From Chiloscyllium plagiosum (taxonomy: Eukaryota): a stretch of DNA of 20,000 nucleotides. The notes under the pieces are model-generated. The model saw only the letters and a program-made list of their open reading frames with translations. It made no database searches and was not told the origin of the DNA. This document shows, piece by piece, positions 1-11,003 of the stretch. The DNA lies in contig NC_057720.1 in NCBI RefSeq assembly GCF_004010195.1, positions 456,613 through 476,612 of the forward strand. The letters are read 5' to 3'. A program made the translations under genes and the position numbers. Position 1 is the stretch's first letter. Each line of letters starts with the position of its first letter.

Positions 1-319
1 CATGCTCCCTTCATTACAGCCCACTGTATCCCAGCCGTCTGCTCCCCAAACACCAGGACAATTGTTACTAGCCCCCAGACCCCTTGGGTTAAAGGCCAAC
101 ATGCCATTTACTTTCCAAATTACTTGCTGTACCTGCACATTATCTCTATGTGCCCTTTGTACAAATTCACCCAAATAACACGTTCTTGTGGAATGGTTCA
201 AATACCACATCTTAGCCAATCTGGTGCCAAAGTCCTAGATCTGGAGATCTAGCCCCTTTTCTCAGTGGATCTGGGAAGGGGGTGGGGGCAGCATGCTATT
301 CACACAGGGAGAAACCTGT

Positions 320-764
320 GGGCGGCATGGTGGCACAGTGGTTAGCACTGCTGCCTCACAGCGCCAGAGACCCGGGTTCAATTCCTGCCTCAGGCGACTG
401 ACTGTGTGGAGTTTGTGGATCAGTGGTGCTGGAAGAGCACAGCAATTCAGGCAGCATCCGAGGACAGGCAAAATCGACGTTTCGGGCAAAAGCCCTTCAA
501 TTTTGCCCGAAACGTCGATTTTGCCTGTCCTCGGATGCTGCCTGAATTGCTGTGCTCTTCCAGCACCACTGATCCAGAATCTGGTTACCAGCATCTGCAG
601 TCATTGTTTTTCAGGTCAGGTGAATTGGCCATGCTAAATTGCCCGTAGTGTCAGGTGAAGGGGTAAATGTAGAGGAATGGGTCTGGGTGGGTTGCTCTTC
701 AGAGGGTCAGTGTGGACTTGTTGGGCTGAAGGGCCTGTTTACACACTGTAAGTAATCTGATCTA
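320..764 (+). mobile_element. HE1-type tRNA-derived shark SINE, interrupted by a Penelope-like fold-back insertion (416-611)
   Basis: Pol III A/B-box-like head (tggcacagtggttagc...gggttcaattcc), body caggtgaattggccatgctaaattgccc, CR1-like tail gggctgaagggcctgttt. Matches the minus-strand copy at 5120-5429. Confidence 0.85.
416..611. mobile_element. Penelope-like terminal-repeat fold-back insertion (family A)
   Basis: Perfect 76-bp inverted arms 416-491 and 501-576. Sequence shared with copies at ~1.9, 3.8, 10.5 and 19.0 kb (gtggtgctggaa.agcacagc...gcagcatcc.agga). Confidence 0.75.
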
Positions 765-879
765 AAACCTGCACACAGTGGGATAATTTAAACAGATTTG
801 TTTTTGCTGGAACAATGCCCACTCCCATATTGTGGAATTAATGACTTTTTAAACAGTCAACATTCATGCTTGTGAAAAG

Positions 880-1402
880 TGGACATGTGTTCTCAGAAGA
901 GAAAGATGTTGTAGCCAGGGATTTCAGTTGGGATGGTCAGCTTCTAGAACATGTTAAGATTAATAAGGAGGAGGTACAAGGTGTTTTAATGGGCACAGAG
1001 GCACATAAATCCCTAGGGCCTGATGGGATGTATCCCAGGTTGCTATGGGAGACAAGGAGAGAGATAGCTGGGGCCCTGGCAGAAATATTTAATACTTCGC
1101 TGACCACAGGTGAAGTGCCAGATGACTGAAGGATAGATAATATAGTTCCTTTGTTCAAGAAGGGCAGCAGGGATAGGCCAGGTAGTTACAGAGCAGATAG
1201 TCTGACAGCAGGGGGAGGGAAATTATTGGGAACAATTCTGAAAGACAGGATTAATCAATATTTGGAAATGCAGGGGTTGTTCAGGGATAGCACAGATTTG
1301 TTAGAGGGAGATCCTGTCTGACTAATTAAATTGTTTTTGAAAAGGTGACAAAATATATTGGTGAGGATAGTGCAGTTGATGTGGTTTACATGGAGTTCAG
1401 TA
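880..1402 (+). mobile_element. Decayed CR1-type LINE ORF2 (RT N-terminal part)
   Basis: KSLGPDGMYPRLLWE..EIAGALAEIF, SCLTN and AVDVVYM motifs, with stops and frameshifts. Confidence 0.85.
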
Positions 1403-1410
1403 TGGAGAGT

Positions 1411-1904
1411 ATCGCCTCACTTTAGGAAAGATGTGGAAGCTTTGGAGAGGGTGCAGAGAAGATTTACCAGGATGTTGCCTGGAATGGAGAGGAAGTCGTA
1501 CGAGGATAGGTTGAGAGTTCTCGGCCTTTTCTCGTTGGAACGGCGAAGGATGAGGGGTGACTTGATAGAGGTTTATAAGATGATCAGAGGAATAGATAGA
1601 GTAGACAGTCAGAAACTTTTTCCCCGGGTACAACAGAGTGTTACAAGGGGACATAAATTTAAGGTGAAGGGTGGAAGGTATAGGGGAGATGTCAGGGGTG
1701 GGCTCTTTACCCAGAGAGTGGTGGGGGCATGGAATGCGCTGCCCGTGGGAGTGGTAGAGTCGGAATCATTGGCGACCTTTAAGCGGCATTTGGATAGGTA
1801 CATGGATGGGTACTTAATCTAGGTTAGAAGTTCGGCACAACATCGTGGGCCGAAGGGCCTGTTCTGTGCTGTATTGTTCTATGTTCTATGTTCTATGTTC
1901 TATG
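1411..1904 (+). mobile_element. Young 5'-truncated CR1/HER1-type LINE 3' end with (TTCTATG)n tail
   Basis: Open ORF2 C-terminus [24 protein letters not shown]...LFTQRVVGAWNALP, 3' UTR gggccgaagggcctgttctgtgctgta and tandem tail at 1877-1904. Confidence 0.9.
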
Positions 1905-2075
1905 AGAGAGTGGGGACTGCAGACGCTGGAGATCAGAGTCAAGAGAGTGGTGCTGGAAAAGCACAGCAGGTCAGGCAGCATCCGAGGAGCAGGAGAATCA
2001 ACGTTTCGGGCATAAGCCCTTCAGCAGGAATGAGGCTTGCTGATGAAGGGTTTATACTCGAAAGGTTGATTCTCC
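1905..2075. mobile_element. Penelope-like fold-back insertion (family A)
   Basis: Minus-strand terminal repeat plus a short inverted arm ctgatgaagggtttatactcgaaaggttgattctcc. The compound insert is flanked by the near-duplication catgga(g/c)ttcagta (1389-1402, 2075-2088). Confidence 0.7.
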
Positions 2076-3212
2076 ATGGACTTCAGTAAGTTCAGTTTAC
2101 ATGAACTTTTGACAAGGTCCCACCGGGAACGCTGGTCCAGAAGGCAAGTTGGCAAACTGGATCTGTAACTAGTTTAGAGATAGGAGGCAAAGGGTAGTGA
2201 TGAAGGTTGTGTTTGTGATTGGAAGCCGATGACCAGTGGTGTCCCACAGGGATTGGAGCTGAACTCTTGTTGTTTATGTACATTAACGACTTGGATGTGA
2301 ATGTCGAAAGTTTGCAGATGACACGAAAATTGGTGGGTGTTGTTGTTGACAGTGAGGAGGATGGTCTCAGGCTCCAGTCTGATATTGATCAGCTGGTAAA
2401 CTGGGAAGAGCGATGGCAGGTGGAACCTCATCCTGATAAGTGTGAGGTGATGCATTAAGGGAGGTCTATTAAGGGAAGGTTATAGACAATAAATGGTAGG
2501 TTTCTAGAGAGTACTTAGGAATAAAGGGACCTTTAGTACAAGTCCATAGATCCCCGAGGGTGTCAGCACAGATAGACAGGATTGGGGGCATGTAATATAC
2601 TGTAGAAGCAAGGGAGTCCTGTTCTAACTTTATAAAACATTGGTTAGGCCACAGATGGAATACCATATACAGCTCTGGTAACTACACTATTGGAAGGATG
2701 TGATTGCACTGGACAGTGTGCAGGGGAGATTCACCAGGATGGTGCCTGGGATGGAAAGTCTCAGTAATGAGGAGACTGAATAGGCTGGGTTTGTTTTCCC
2801 TGGAGCAGAGGATGCTGAGAGGGGACCTGATTGACAGATACACAATTATGGGAGAGATAGACAGAGTAGCTTGTGAGAATCCATTCCCCATGGCAGACAT
2901 GCCAAAGACCAGAGGGCAAATATTTAAGGTGAGGAGCAATTGGTTTAAAGGGGAGCTGCGGAAAATGTTTTCACCCAGAGAGTGGTTTAAATATGCAGGG
3001 TGCTGCCTGAGAGGGTGGTACTGCCTGAGAGGGTGGTGGGGACAGGTACTCTCACAGCATTGTAGAAGCATCTGGATGGGCACTTAAAACGCCCTGGCAT
3101 AGTAGGCTATAGACCAAGTGCAAGTAAATGGGATTAGGGTAGTTTGGTGTTTGATGGTCAGTGTAGACATGGTGGGCTGAAGACCCTGCATCTGTGCTCA
3201 ATGACTCTATGA
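2076..3212 (+). mobile_element. Continuation of the decayed CR1 LINE (RT core to 3' end)
   Basis: FDKVP, SGVPQG, YINDLD, (F)ADDTK-like and LGLFSLEQRMLRGDLI motifs, with a 3' tail gggctgaagaccctg..tgtgct..atgactctatga. Confidence 0.85.
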
Positions 3213-3753
3213 CAGTGTCTGTAGATTTGTCATTCTGTCAACCCATTCCAATCCCCGGAATCTAATTTTTGAAAAACCACAGTCTGCTGTCTCTGTGGGC
3301 TGAAAGGATGGTGCTTGCAGTTTCAATTGCTGAAAGTTGACCTAAGCCTGAGGCCTACAATTATCGAATGGCAGACCATTCACCTTCCTTCACAAACTAC
3401 AATCATCACAAAGACAGGGTGGGCTATGTGCTCACTGTTTGATTGATAGCTCTGATATGGGGTTATAAGTATAGACAAATGTTATTTTTATAGGATTAAG
3501 CAATGAAACGATTAAGTAATTTGAATGGGCTTTCATCAGTGAGACATTTTTTATATACTGTGAAGTCTATAAATAAATGATGGCTGAGATTTAAATTTGC
3601 TTAAATTCAAAACAGGCACATCTGGTCCAGTTGTGGAATGACATCTCATGTTAGCCACTGTGTGGTGGGTTTTGTAAGTGTGGGACACTGGAGTACGGTG
3701 AGTGCTTTGCTTGTTGTTCACAGCTGATGACTTCTGCTGTTTAATATGATCTG

Positions 3754-3915
3754 GGCAAAAGTGAGGACTGCAGATGCTGGAAACCAGAGTTTAAATCAGA
3801 GTGGTGCTGGAAAAGCACAGCAGGTCAGACAGCATCCAAGGAGCACGTTGATTCTCTTGCTCCTCGTATGTTGACTAACCTGCTGTGCTTTTCCAGCACC
3901 ATTCTGATGTCTACC
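3754..3915. mobile_element. Penelope-like fold-back insertion (family A) with 17-bp TSD
   Basis: Imperfect arms 3795-3845 and 3858-3908. Exact flanking direct repeat ctgtttaatatgatctg at 3737-3753 and 3916-3932. Confidence 0.8.
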
Positions 3916-4164
3916 CTGTTTAATATGATCTGCCAATCTTTAGGAAATTCAAACTACATAGCTGGCATCACACCAGCACTGAAACTCACGTACCAGATTA
4001 CTTGTTTGTATCACAGGGAAAACATCGTTTTGGCTTGATCCCAGTATGCCGTTCGTGTTAAACACCATTTAAGGTGCTGCTGTATCACAACAGTATGGAA
4101 CAACTGGTAATAAGGCATGGCAGTGGTATGACTGATGGAATATCTCTTCAAAACAATACAAAAC

Positions 4165-4703
4165 ACTAGTGCGGCCTCACTTGGAATATTGTGTACAGTT
4201 CTGGTCGCCCCATTACAAAAAGGATGTGGATGCATTGGAAAAGGTGCAGAGGAGATTTACCAGGATGTTGCCTGGTCTGGAGGGAAGGTCTTATGAGGAA
4301 AGGCTGAGAGACTTGAGTCTGTTCTTATCATAGAGAAGAAGGCTAAGGGGGATTTGATAGAGACATACAAGATGATCAGAGGATGAGATAGGGTAGACAG
4401 TGAAATACTTTTTCCTAGGATGATGACGTCAGTGTGTACGAGAGGCATAACTACAAATTGAGGGGTGATAGATTTAAGACAGATGTAAGAGGCAGATTCT
4501 TTACTCAGAGAGTGGTAAGGGCGTGGAATGCCCTACCTGCTAATGTAATCAACTCAGCCACATTAGGGAGATTTAAACAATCCTTGGATAAGCACATGGA
4601 GGATGACGGGATAATGTAGGGGGACGAGCTGAGAATAGTTCACAGGTCAGTGCAACATCGAGGGCCGAAGGACCTGTTCTGTGCTGTATTGTTCTCTGTT
4701 CTA
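4165..4703 (+). mobile_element. 5'-truncated CR1 LINE 3' fragment
   Basis: [43 protein letters not shown], and tail gggccgaaggacctgttctgtgctgtattgttct. Confidence 0.88.
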
Positions 4704-5119
4704 AAACAACTGGCACAGATTCAATGACCTCTTTCTGTGCTGCACTATTTCAATGGAATAAAACACAATGGAAGGGTGCGCAACAGAAGTTGAGACAATG
4801 AGCACTTGAAATACCATCGTGTATGAGGCTACAAGCCTTGTGCTGAAAAATGGGATGAAAACAAATAGCTAGTTGCTGACCAGCACATATATGATAGGCC
4901 AAAGGGCCTCCATCTGTGCTGTAACATGCCCAACACTGCCTGAGTAAGCTTCTTGCAGAGGTAAAGGGCTGAGAGAGCACCTCCTGGCCCACAGTTTCAC
5001 TCCCTGAACCAATTTCTATCACAATTCCCATGAGAATGTATCCTGTTTGTCGGTCAAATCTCAGTGTAAACATACGTTTACTGTGGGAATGCTCAACTAC
5101 ATTTACCTGCAACATGTTA

Positions 5120-5429
5120 AGATTAGATTGGATTAGATTCCCTACAGTATGGAAACAGGCCCTTCGGCCCAACAAGTCCACACTGACCCTCCTAAGAGGG
5201 ACCCACCCCCTGACCCTATAATTACTCCTGACTAATGCACCTAACACTATGGGCAATTTAGCATGGCCAATTCACCTAACCTGCACATCTTTGGATTGTG
5301 GGAGGAAACCCACGCAGACACGGGGAGAATGTGCAAACTCCACACAGACAGTTGCCCGAGGCTGGAATCGAACCTGGGTCCCTGGCGCTGTGAGGCTGCA
5401 GTGCTAACCACTGAGCCACCTTGCCACCC
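5120..5429 (-). mobile_element. HE1-type tRNA-derived SINE
   Basis: Reverse complement reads ggtggctcagtggttagcactgc...caggttcgattcc...gtgtggagtttgcacattctcccc...gggccgaagggcctgtttcc, ending in an (aatct)n-like tail. Confidence 0.88.
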
Positions 5430-5559
5430 GATAACATTTCCAGTTGATATATAACAGTTTAAACAGCTCTGTTAGTGACAGAGACGCAGAGGTAGAACAA
5501 ACCTAGTGGGAACTATGCACCAGACAGTGACTTCATAGTGTTTGGAGGTTTCACTTTGA

Positions 5560-5843
5560 TGGAACGTATAAGGGGTGCATTTTTAAGGTGAGAGAAGAGA
5601 GATTTTAAAAAGACAAGAGGAGCAAATGTTTTACACAGAAGGTGGCTCATCTGTGGAATTTCAGAGGAAGCAGTGGATGTGGTTGCAATTATAACGTTGA
5701 AAAGACATTTGGATAAGTCCATGAATAGAAATGGTTTGGAGGGATATGGGACAGGGAGGTGGACGGGTTTAGTTTGGGATTATGTTTGGCATGGACTGGT
5801 TGGACCGAAGGATGTGCTTCTGTGCTGAATGACTCTGCGACTA
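5560..5843 (+). mobile_element. Old CR1 LINE 3' end
   Basis: ttttaaggtgaga...ttttacacaga...agacatttggataag...ggaccgaaggatgtgcttctgtgctgaatgactctgcga. Confidence 0.7.
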
Positions 5844-5856
5844 GTATGAATCCCCA

Positions 5857-5938
5857 CTTCCTCTTCCTCTCCCCCATCACTTTCTCTCACTCACTCACTC
5901 ACTCCCTCTCTCTCTCTCTCTCTCTTACTCTCTCCCCC
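5857..5938. repeat. CT-rich microsatellite (CT)n/(CACT)n
   Basis: Directly visible. Confidence 0.9.
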
Positions 5939-6059
5939 TGCGTTAGTTCCTACTGTCTAATTTAGTTGAAAGAAACCATAGTTTTCGATTTCATTCAGTC
6001 TGCTTTGTGGACTGTCTTAGCTGGAGAATGAGCCCAGGCTTGTTTTGATTCCACCGTCT

Positions 6060-6290
6060 GGGGAGCTGAGGAGATTTATTTTTTTCAGTGACTTGTTGAG
6101 ATCTGAAGGTGCTGCTTGAAATGGTGGTGGGAGCAGATGCAATCAGAACTTCAAAAGGGAATTGAGGTAATACAGAGAAAGAGAATAATGATTGCAGGGT
6201 CATGGGGAAAGGTCAGAGGAGTGCGACTGGCAAAGATCCTTCAAAGAGCCAGAACAAGATGGATGGGATGAATGGCTTCCTGCTGTGATT
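6060..6290 (+). mobile_element. Highly decayed CR1 3' fragment
   Basis: gtggtgggagcagatgcaatc..acttcaaaagggaattg...gatgaatggcttcctgctgtg resembles CR1 3' ends elsewhere in the window. Confidence 0.5.
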
Positions 6291-6959
6291 CCACTTGCAG
6301 AGACTAAACACCAGATAAAGGTTTTGACACAAACAAAGTTTCTGGGAAGTTACTGTTGGAGGACTCCTGTTCAACAGAACCTGGCAAAAAGCTGAAACAT
6401 TGGCAACAAATGGACCCTTCATGTGACAGAGGTGAAAGAGTTTCTCTAATGGCCTGATTAATTATTTCAGGTAAGGACAGAGAGAGTAAAAACAAGTTAG
6501 TGACATCAGACACAACTAGCAAACTCTATTTGCCTGGTTTGTGTTGCCACCAAATTAACCATTTTTAATTTGGTGGGAAAATGTAACCAGAAACTGAAGC
6601 TCCCAAACTGAGTGTGTTCCTGGAGGCAACAAGAGGTTTAACAAGATCGAACATTCACCTGAAAGGAAGGTGAGAAAGATACAGCTTCCTGGAGCAGGGA
6701 CACAATGACGCTCAGAGCAAGACAGGACACCAGAGGCAAAGAAAACACATCACAGTAAAATACAGGTAACTCAGGCTGGAGGCATTTATATGAAAGCACG
6801 GACAGTATATCATACAATTTGTATTAGCCAGTATAAGGGACAATTAGCTGACGTGGGAGGCAATGGGTTAGTTCCCACAGCTGAGTCTTGAAAACAGGTC
6901 ACTCAACCTGATGTTTTAGACAGCAAGTAAAAATTCCCTTCACAAAGAATAAATTCACC

Positions 6960-7660
6960 ATGATAGCCACCAGAATTAGAATATCCACCATCTCCTACTC
7001 TTCCTGTCCTCCTGCTTATTAAACAAGGTCTTCTCTGTTAAAACATCCTGGTGTAAAAGGCCAACACTGGATTCTCCCACAAGAGGAAACATCTTTTCCA
7101 CATCCATTTGATCAACAGCCCTCGGGATTTTATTTGTTTCAATTAAACTATCCCTCACTCTCCGAAACAAGTCCTAACTGTCCAACCGTTCCTCAAGAGA
7201 CTCCCACTCATTCATGGGATCAATCCGGTAAACCTTCTCTGAACAGACTCCAAATTCCTTCCTTAAGTAAGGAGACCAAAACTGTACACAATATTAAAGA
7301 TACGCTCTTGCCAAAGCCACGTAAAACTCAAGCAAAACATTTGCTCTATTACGTTAAATTTCTGTCATAATAAAATATAATGTCCCATTAACCTTCTGAA
7401 TCACTTGCAGCACCTGAACATCTCCTTCTCACTCAATCCACTGACCCCAGGAAGCAAGTTGCTTACCTTCCCTGAACAGTTTCAAATTCAGATCCTTTTC
7501 CACCTTTGATAAGGAGACCAAGCCTGTACACATTACTCTGGGTCTGATCTTTCCAATCTTGGGACACTTCCAGAAAGAATTCTCTGCTTCAAAACATCGT
7601 GCAATAAAGACCTCCATTCCATTCACCTTCCTACTCACTGACTGCACTTTATAAAAACTC
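6960..7660 (-). mobile_element. Decayed CR1 fragments (minus strand)
   Basis: Minus-strand peptides DSLIETNKIPRAVDQMDVEKMFPLVGES and YKVQSVSRKVNGM resemble the CR1 ORF2 C-terminus. Confidence 0.6.
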
Positions 7661-7699
7661 ATTGACAGGCTGTGGGTATTGTTGGTGAGGCCAGTTTCA

Positions 7700-8000
7700 T
7701 CAGGCATCTAAGAGTCAACCACATTGCTCTGGGTCTGGAGTCACATGGAGACCAGACTGAGTTAAGAGCAAGTCTCATTCCTTAAAGGAAGGATGATTAA
7801 ATGTTTAAGGAACATTAGTGAACCAGATGGGTTTTATAACAATTTATAATCGCTAAATGGGCACTATCGGGCTCGTGTTTTTTAATTCCAGATTTCTGTC
7901 ATATTCACATTTCACCTTTTGCCATGGTGATTTTCAAAGTTATGTCTTTAGAACATTAGCCTGGGGTGTTAAACGACTAACCTTGACATTACTCACTAAC
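7700..8000 (-). mobile_element. Decayed SINE-like interspersed repeat of a second family
   Basis: aagagtcaaccacattgct.tgggtctggagtcacat...acattagtgaaccagatgggtttt...ttaattccagattt resembles a common chondrichthyan SINE as I recall it. Family not verified. Confidence 0.55.
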
Positions 8001-8497
8001 TTTCTCTGACCCATGAACCAGGCATCCAAATCCTTTTGCATGACAGAGTTTCGAGTTCTCTGTCTGGCTGAATCATGTGCTGCCTTTCTATTCCTCCTGC
8101 CACAGGTTCACAGTTCCCCACTTACCCAACGCGACTCTACATTAGCAGACAATTTCTGTGGAGAGTGAAACCAAGTTAACACTTTGACTGAAGCTGAAAA
8201 CAAACTATTTTCCCTGACCCTGTGTTTCCAGTTGGCTCGCCAATCCTCTATCCACGCTAACAGATCACCGAGACACCAGGAGCTCTAACTCTGGGTCACA
8301 ACCTCTGCTGGGAACCCAATCAATTATATTTCAGGAATCAGAAAAGACTCCACAGCTGCTCCTTTATAGATGCTGCGCATCACATCCTCAAAAATCTCCA
8401 ATTAATTTATCAAACATAATTCCTCTTTAACAAAACTGTATTGATGCTGCATGATTGAAAATGTCTTTAATAACAAAGTCCAATGCTTGGCTTTCAA

Positions 8498-8730
8498 GAG
8501 GACTGCGGATGCTGTAAATTAGAAACAAACAGAAGTTGCTGGAAAAGCTCAGCAGGTCTGCCAGAATCTGCAAAGAGAAATCAGAGTTAATGTTTAGGGT
8601 GCAGTGACCTTTCTTTAGAAATACTGGCAGTTCTGAGGAAGGTTCACATGCCCCAAAACATTAATGTTGATTTCTCTTCACAGATTCTGCAAGACCTGCC
8701 AAGCTTTTCCAGCAACTTCTGTTTCTGTTC
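8498..8730. mobile_element. Older Penelope-like fold-back insertion (family C)
   Basis: Imperfect arms ~8527-8620 and 8631-8724. Decayed core ctgaggaaggttcacatgccccaaaacatt, and the same gaggactgc.gatgctg end as family A. Confidence 0.65.
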
Positions 8731-9355
8731 CTTTCCAAGAAGCCTGACTGATTCAAATCGCCCCGTTATTGTGAATATTCCGCTATTCCTGAGCTTCTGC
8801 TGTGAAGACAAACAGAAGATATGTTCAAACTCTCAGTCACATTCCTGTTTATATAACTCATTCCTCAGTACCGTCCTCTGAGGGACCAACACTCACTTCA
8901 ATTATTCCCCTCCTTTGATACACTTGTAGATCTCTCAATGTCTGTTTTATACATTTATTGCTAATTTGCTGTTATTTCCCTCCTCATTATGCTTTGCAAT
9001 CTGTTGCAGCTTTCTGAAACTTTTCTAATCCACCGATCGACCGCTAATTTTAACAACATTACCAGCCTTTTCCTCCAATCTGACATCATACTTTCGAGAA
9101 CAGAAAGCTGATACATTAAAGTGAAGTGGGTGCAGACGAGTCTAAGTGAAGATTATATTAGGGGCAATATATTGTTTGATCGGTCAAAGCATTATTCATT
9201 CTGTGCATTGTTAGTGAGCATTAGTGAAAGGCTGAAGATTGGGGAGCAGGAACAGTGTTGATAGTGAGAGGAAACACGAGGAGTGTGAGAAACAGCATGT
9301 TAATCACATTCCATTCACACTTTCCACCCATGTTGCCAGAAACAAATCAGCCATA

Positions 9356-9855
9356 NNNNNNNNNNNNNNNNNNNNNNNNNNNNNNNNNNNNNNNNNNNNN
9401 NNNNNNNNNNNNNNNNNNNNNNNNNNNNNNNNNNNNNNNNNNNNNNNNNNNNNNNNNNNNNNNNNNNNNNNNNNNNNNNNNNNNNNNNNNNNNNNNNNNN
9501 NNNNNNNNNNNNNNNNNNNNNNNNNNNNNNNNNNNNNNNNNNNNNNNNNNNNNNNNNNNNNNNNNNNNNNNNNNNNNNNNNNNNNNNNNNNNNNNNNNNN
9601 NNNNNNNNNNNNNNNNNNNNNNNNNNNNNNNNNNNNNNNNNNNNNNNNNNNNNNNNNNNNNNNNNNNNNNNNNNNNNNNNNNNNNNNNNNNNNNNNNNNN
9701 NNNNNNNNNNNNNNNNNNNNNNNNNNNNNNNNNNNNNNNNNNNNNNNNNNNNNNNNNNNNNNNNNNNNNNNNNNNNNNNNNNNNNNNNNNNNNNNNNNNN
9801 NNNNNNNNNNNNNNNNNNNNNNNNNNNNNNNNNNNNNNNNNNNNNNNNNNNNNNN
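9356..9855. other. Assembly gap, exactly 500 N
   Basis: Run of N; the round length implies a placeholder. Confidence 0.98.
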
Positions 9856-9900
9856 CTCTCTCACACACACACACTCTCTCTCTCGCACACACACACACAC
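9856..9900. repeat. (CT)n/(CA)n microsatellite at the contig end
   Basis: ctctctcacacacacacactctctctctcgcacacacacacacac. Confidence 0.9.
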
Positions 9901-10054
9901 AAGTTTTACAGTCAATCTGAAACCATTCCGAGTATGTATCTTGTTGAAACGCTGTGCAATAATCAGTATTGCACACTCCTGCTGCTCGGTCCTGTACTGC
10001 ACTCTGCTGGTTGTAAATCTGCAAGACAGAGTTACTGAGGATTCACTAACTCAC

Positions 10055-10140
10055 CGATCCTGTCGCGTGCGTTTGTCCAGGGTCATTAGCCGCATCTCCC
10101 CATCCACCTTGGGCCTTCCGAACTTTGTGAGAGGCTGGTT
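10055..10140 (-). CDS. VAV3: Vav-family exon (PH domain start): NQPLTKFGRPKVDGEMRLMTLDKRTRQD(R)
   Basis: tgtgtttcag|AACCAG...GGATCG|gtgagt. 86 bp, phase 0 to 2, after a 104-bp intron. Matches the Vav PH start (F/Y)GRP..DGE. Confidence 0.92.
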
Positions 10141-10244
10141 CTGAAACACAGAGATAGTCACTCACCAAGTGCACAGTCCACCTCAAGCACAATAATCCAT
10201 CCTTGCAAAATGTTTCATTTGCACAGCTCGATTGGAAAACTTAC

Positions 10245-10331
10245 CAGGTTATCAATACAGTGCTGGAACTGATTAATTTCTCGTAGGCACTCATTATCGC
10301 GTTTCACTTCGTTGACATATTGAGCTAAGTC
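10245..10331 (-). CDS. VAV3: Vav-family exon (DH end / DH-PH linker): DLAQYVNEVKRDNECLREINQFQHCIDNL
   Basis: tttttctctgtag|GACTTA...AACCTG|gtaagt. 87 bp, phase 0/0. Contains the Vav motif DLAQYVNEVKRDNE. Confidence 0.95.
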
Positions 10332-10519
10332 CTACAGAGAAAAATCAATTAATCCACTCAATTAGCTGAGGAATATCCAATAGAGTGAACACTGGGACTG
10401 TGTGACCAGTCCAGGAGTGTGAAAGTGGTCTGAGAGGTTGTAACTGGATTGTAACATGCATTGAGATTGGGGCTAGGATTGGGAATGGGATTGTGTGTGG
10501 CCAGTCTATAATTTGTGGG

Positions 10520-10931
10520 TGAAAGTGAGGACTGCAGATGCTGGAGGTTAGAGCAGAGAGTGTGGTGCTGGAAAAGCACAGCAGGTCAGGCAGTATCCGA
10601 GCAGCAGGATGCTTCCCTCCCCTCCCCATACATTAACCCGGTCCCAAGCCTCCAACTCGGCACCGCTCTCTTGACCTGTCCATTACCTTTCCCACCTGTC
10701 AGCTCCACCTTCCTCTCTGACCTATCAACTTCCTCCTTACCTTCATCCACCTATTGCACTCTCAACTACCTTCCCCCCAGCTCCACCCCCCCCCTCCCAT
10801 TTATTGCTCAGCCTCCACCCCCACCCATAAGCCTCATTCCTGATGAAGGGCTTTTGCCCGAAACGTCGATTCTCCTGCTCCTCGGATGCTGCCTGACCTG
10901 CTGTGCTTTTCCAGCACCACACTCTTGACTC
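10520..10931. mobile_element. Penelope-like 3' fragment with inverted terminal copy (family A), in a Vav intron
   Basis: Arms 10557-10609 and 10873-10925 enclose a C/T-rich body and a hammerhead-like motif. Confidence 0.78.
10840..10867 (+). ncRNA. Minimal hammerhead-ribozyme-like motif
   Basis: CTGATGA-A-GGGC-TTTT-GCCC-GAAA-CG-TC: both catalytic boxes, a 4-bp helix II, and a palindromic ACGT in place of helix III. Helix I is weak. Confidence 0.6.
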
Positions 10932-11003
10932 AGTCCTTGCAGAACAGTGATCCAATCAAGCTGGTATCAGATCAGAGAACTCCTTGCTGTTACTGGAATA
11001 AAA

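Noticed and set aside
320..390. tRNA gene
   Set aside because: This is the tRNA-derived head of a SINE and is followed by SINE body sequence.
416..576. Hairpins as miRNA precursors, terminators or CRISPR repeats
   Set aside because: They are dispersed copies of an interspersed repeat with variable centres and TSDs, with no regular spacers, in a eukaryotic context.
3003..3037. 18-bp tandem duplication in CR1
   Set aside because: Ordinary slippage in a dead element.
4750..5256. 168-aa minus-strand ORF
   Set aside because: It starts in a SINE, ends in a decayed CR1 tail and shows no recognisable domain.
9900..10018. Possible exon after tgtcttgcag on the minus strand
   Set aside because: The intron would be under 40 nt and the peptide has no similarity to the Vav PH domain.
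9239..10144. Long ORFs of 221-301 aa
   Set aside because: They are artefacts of reading through the 500-N gap.
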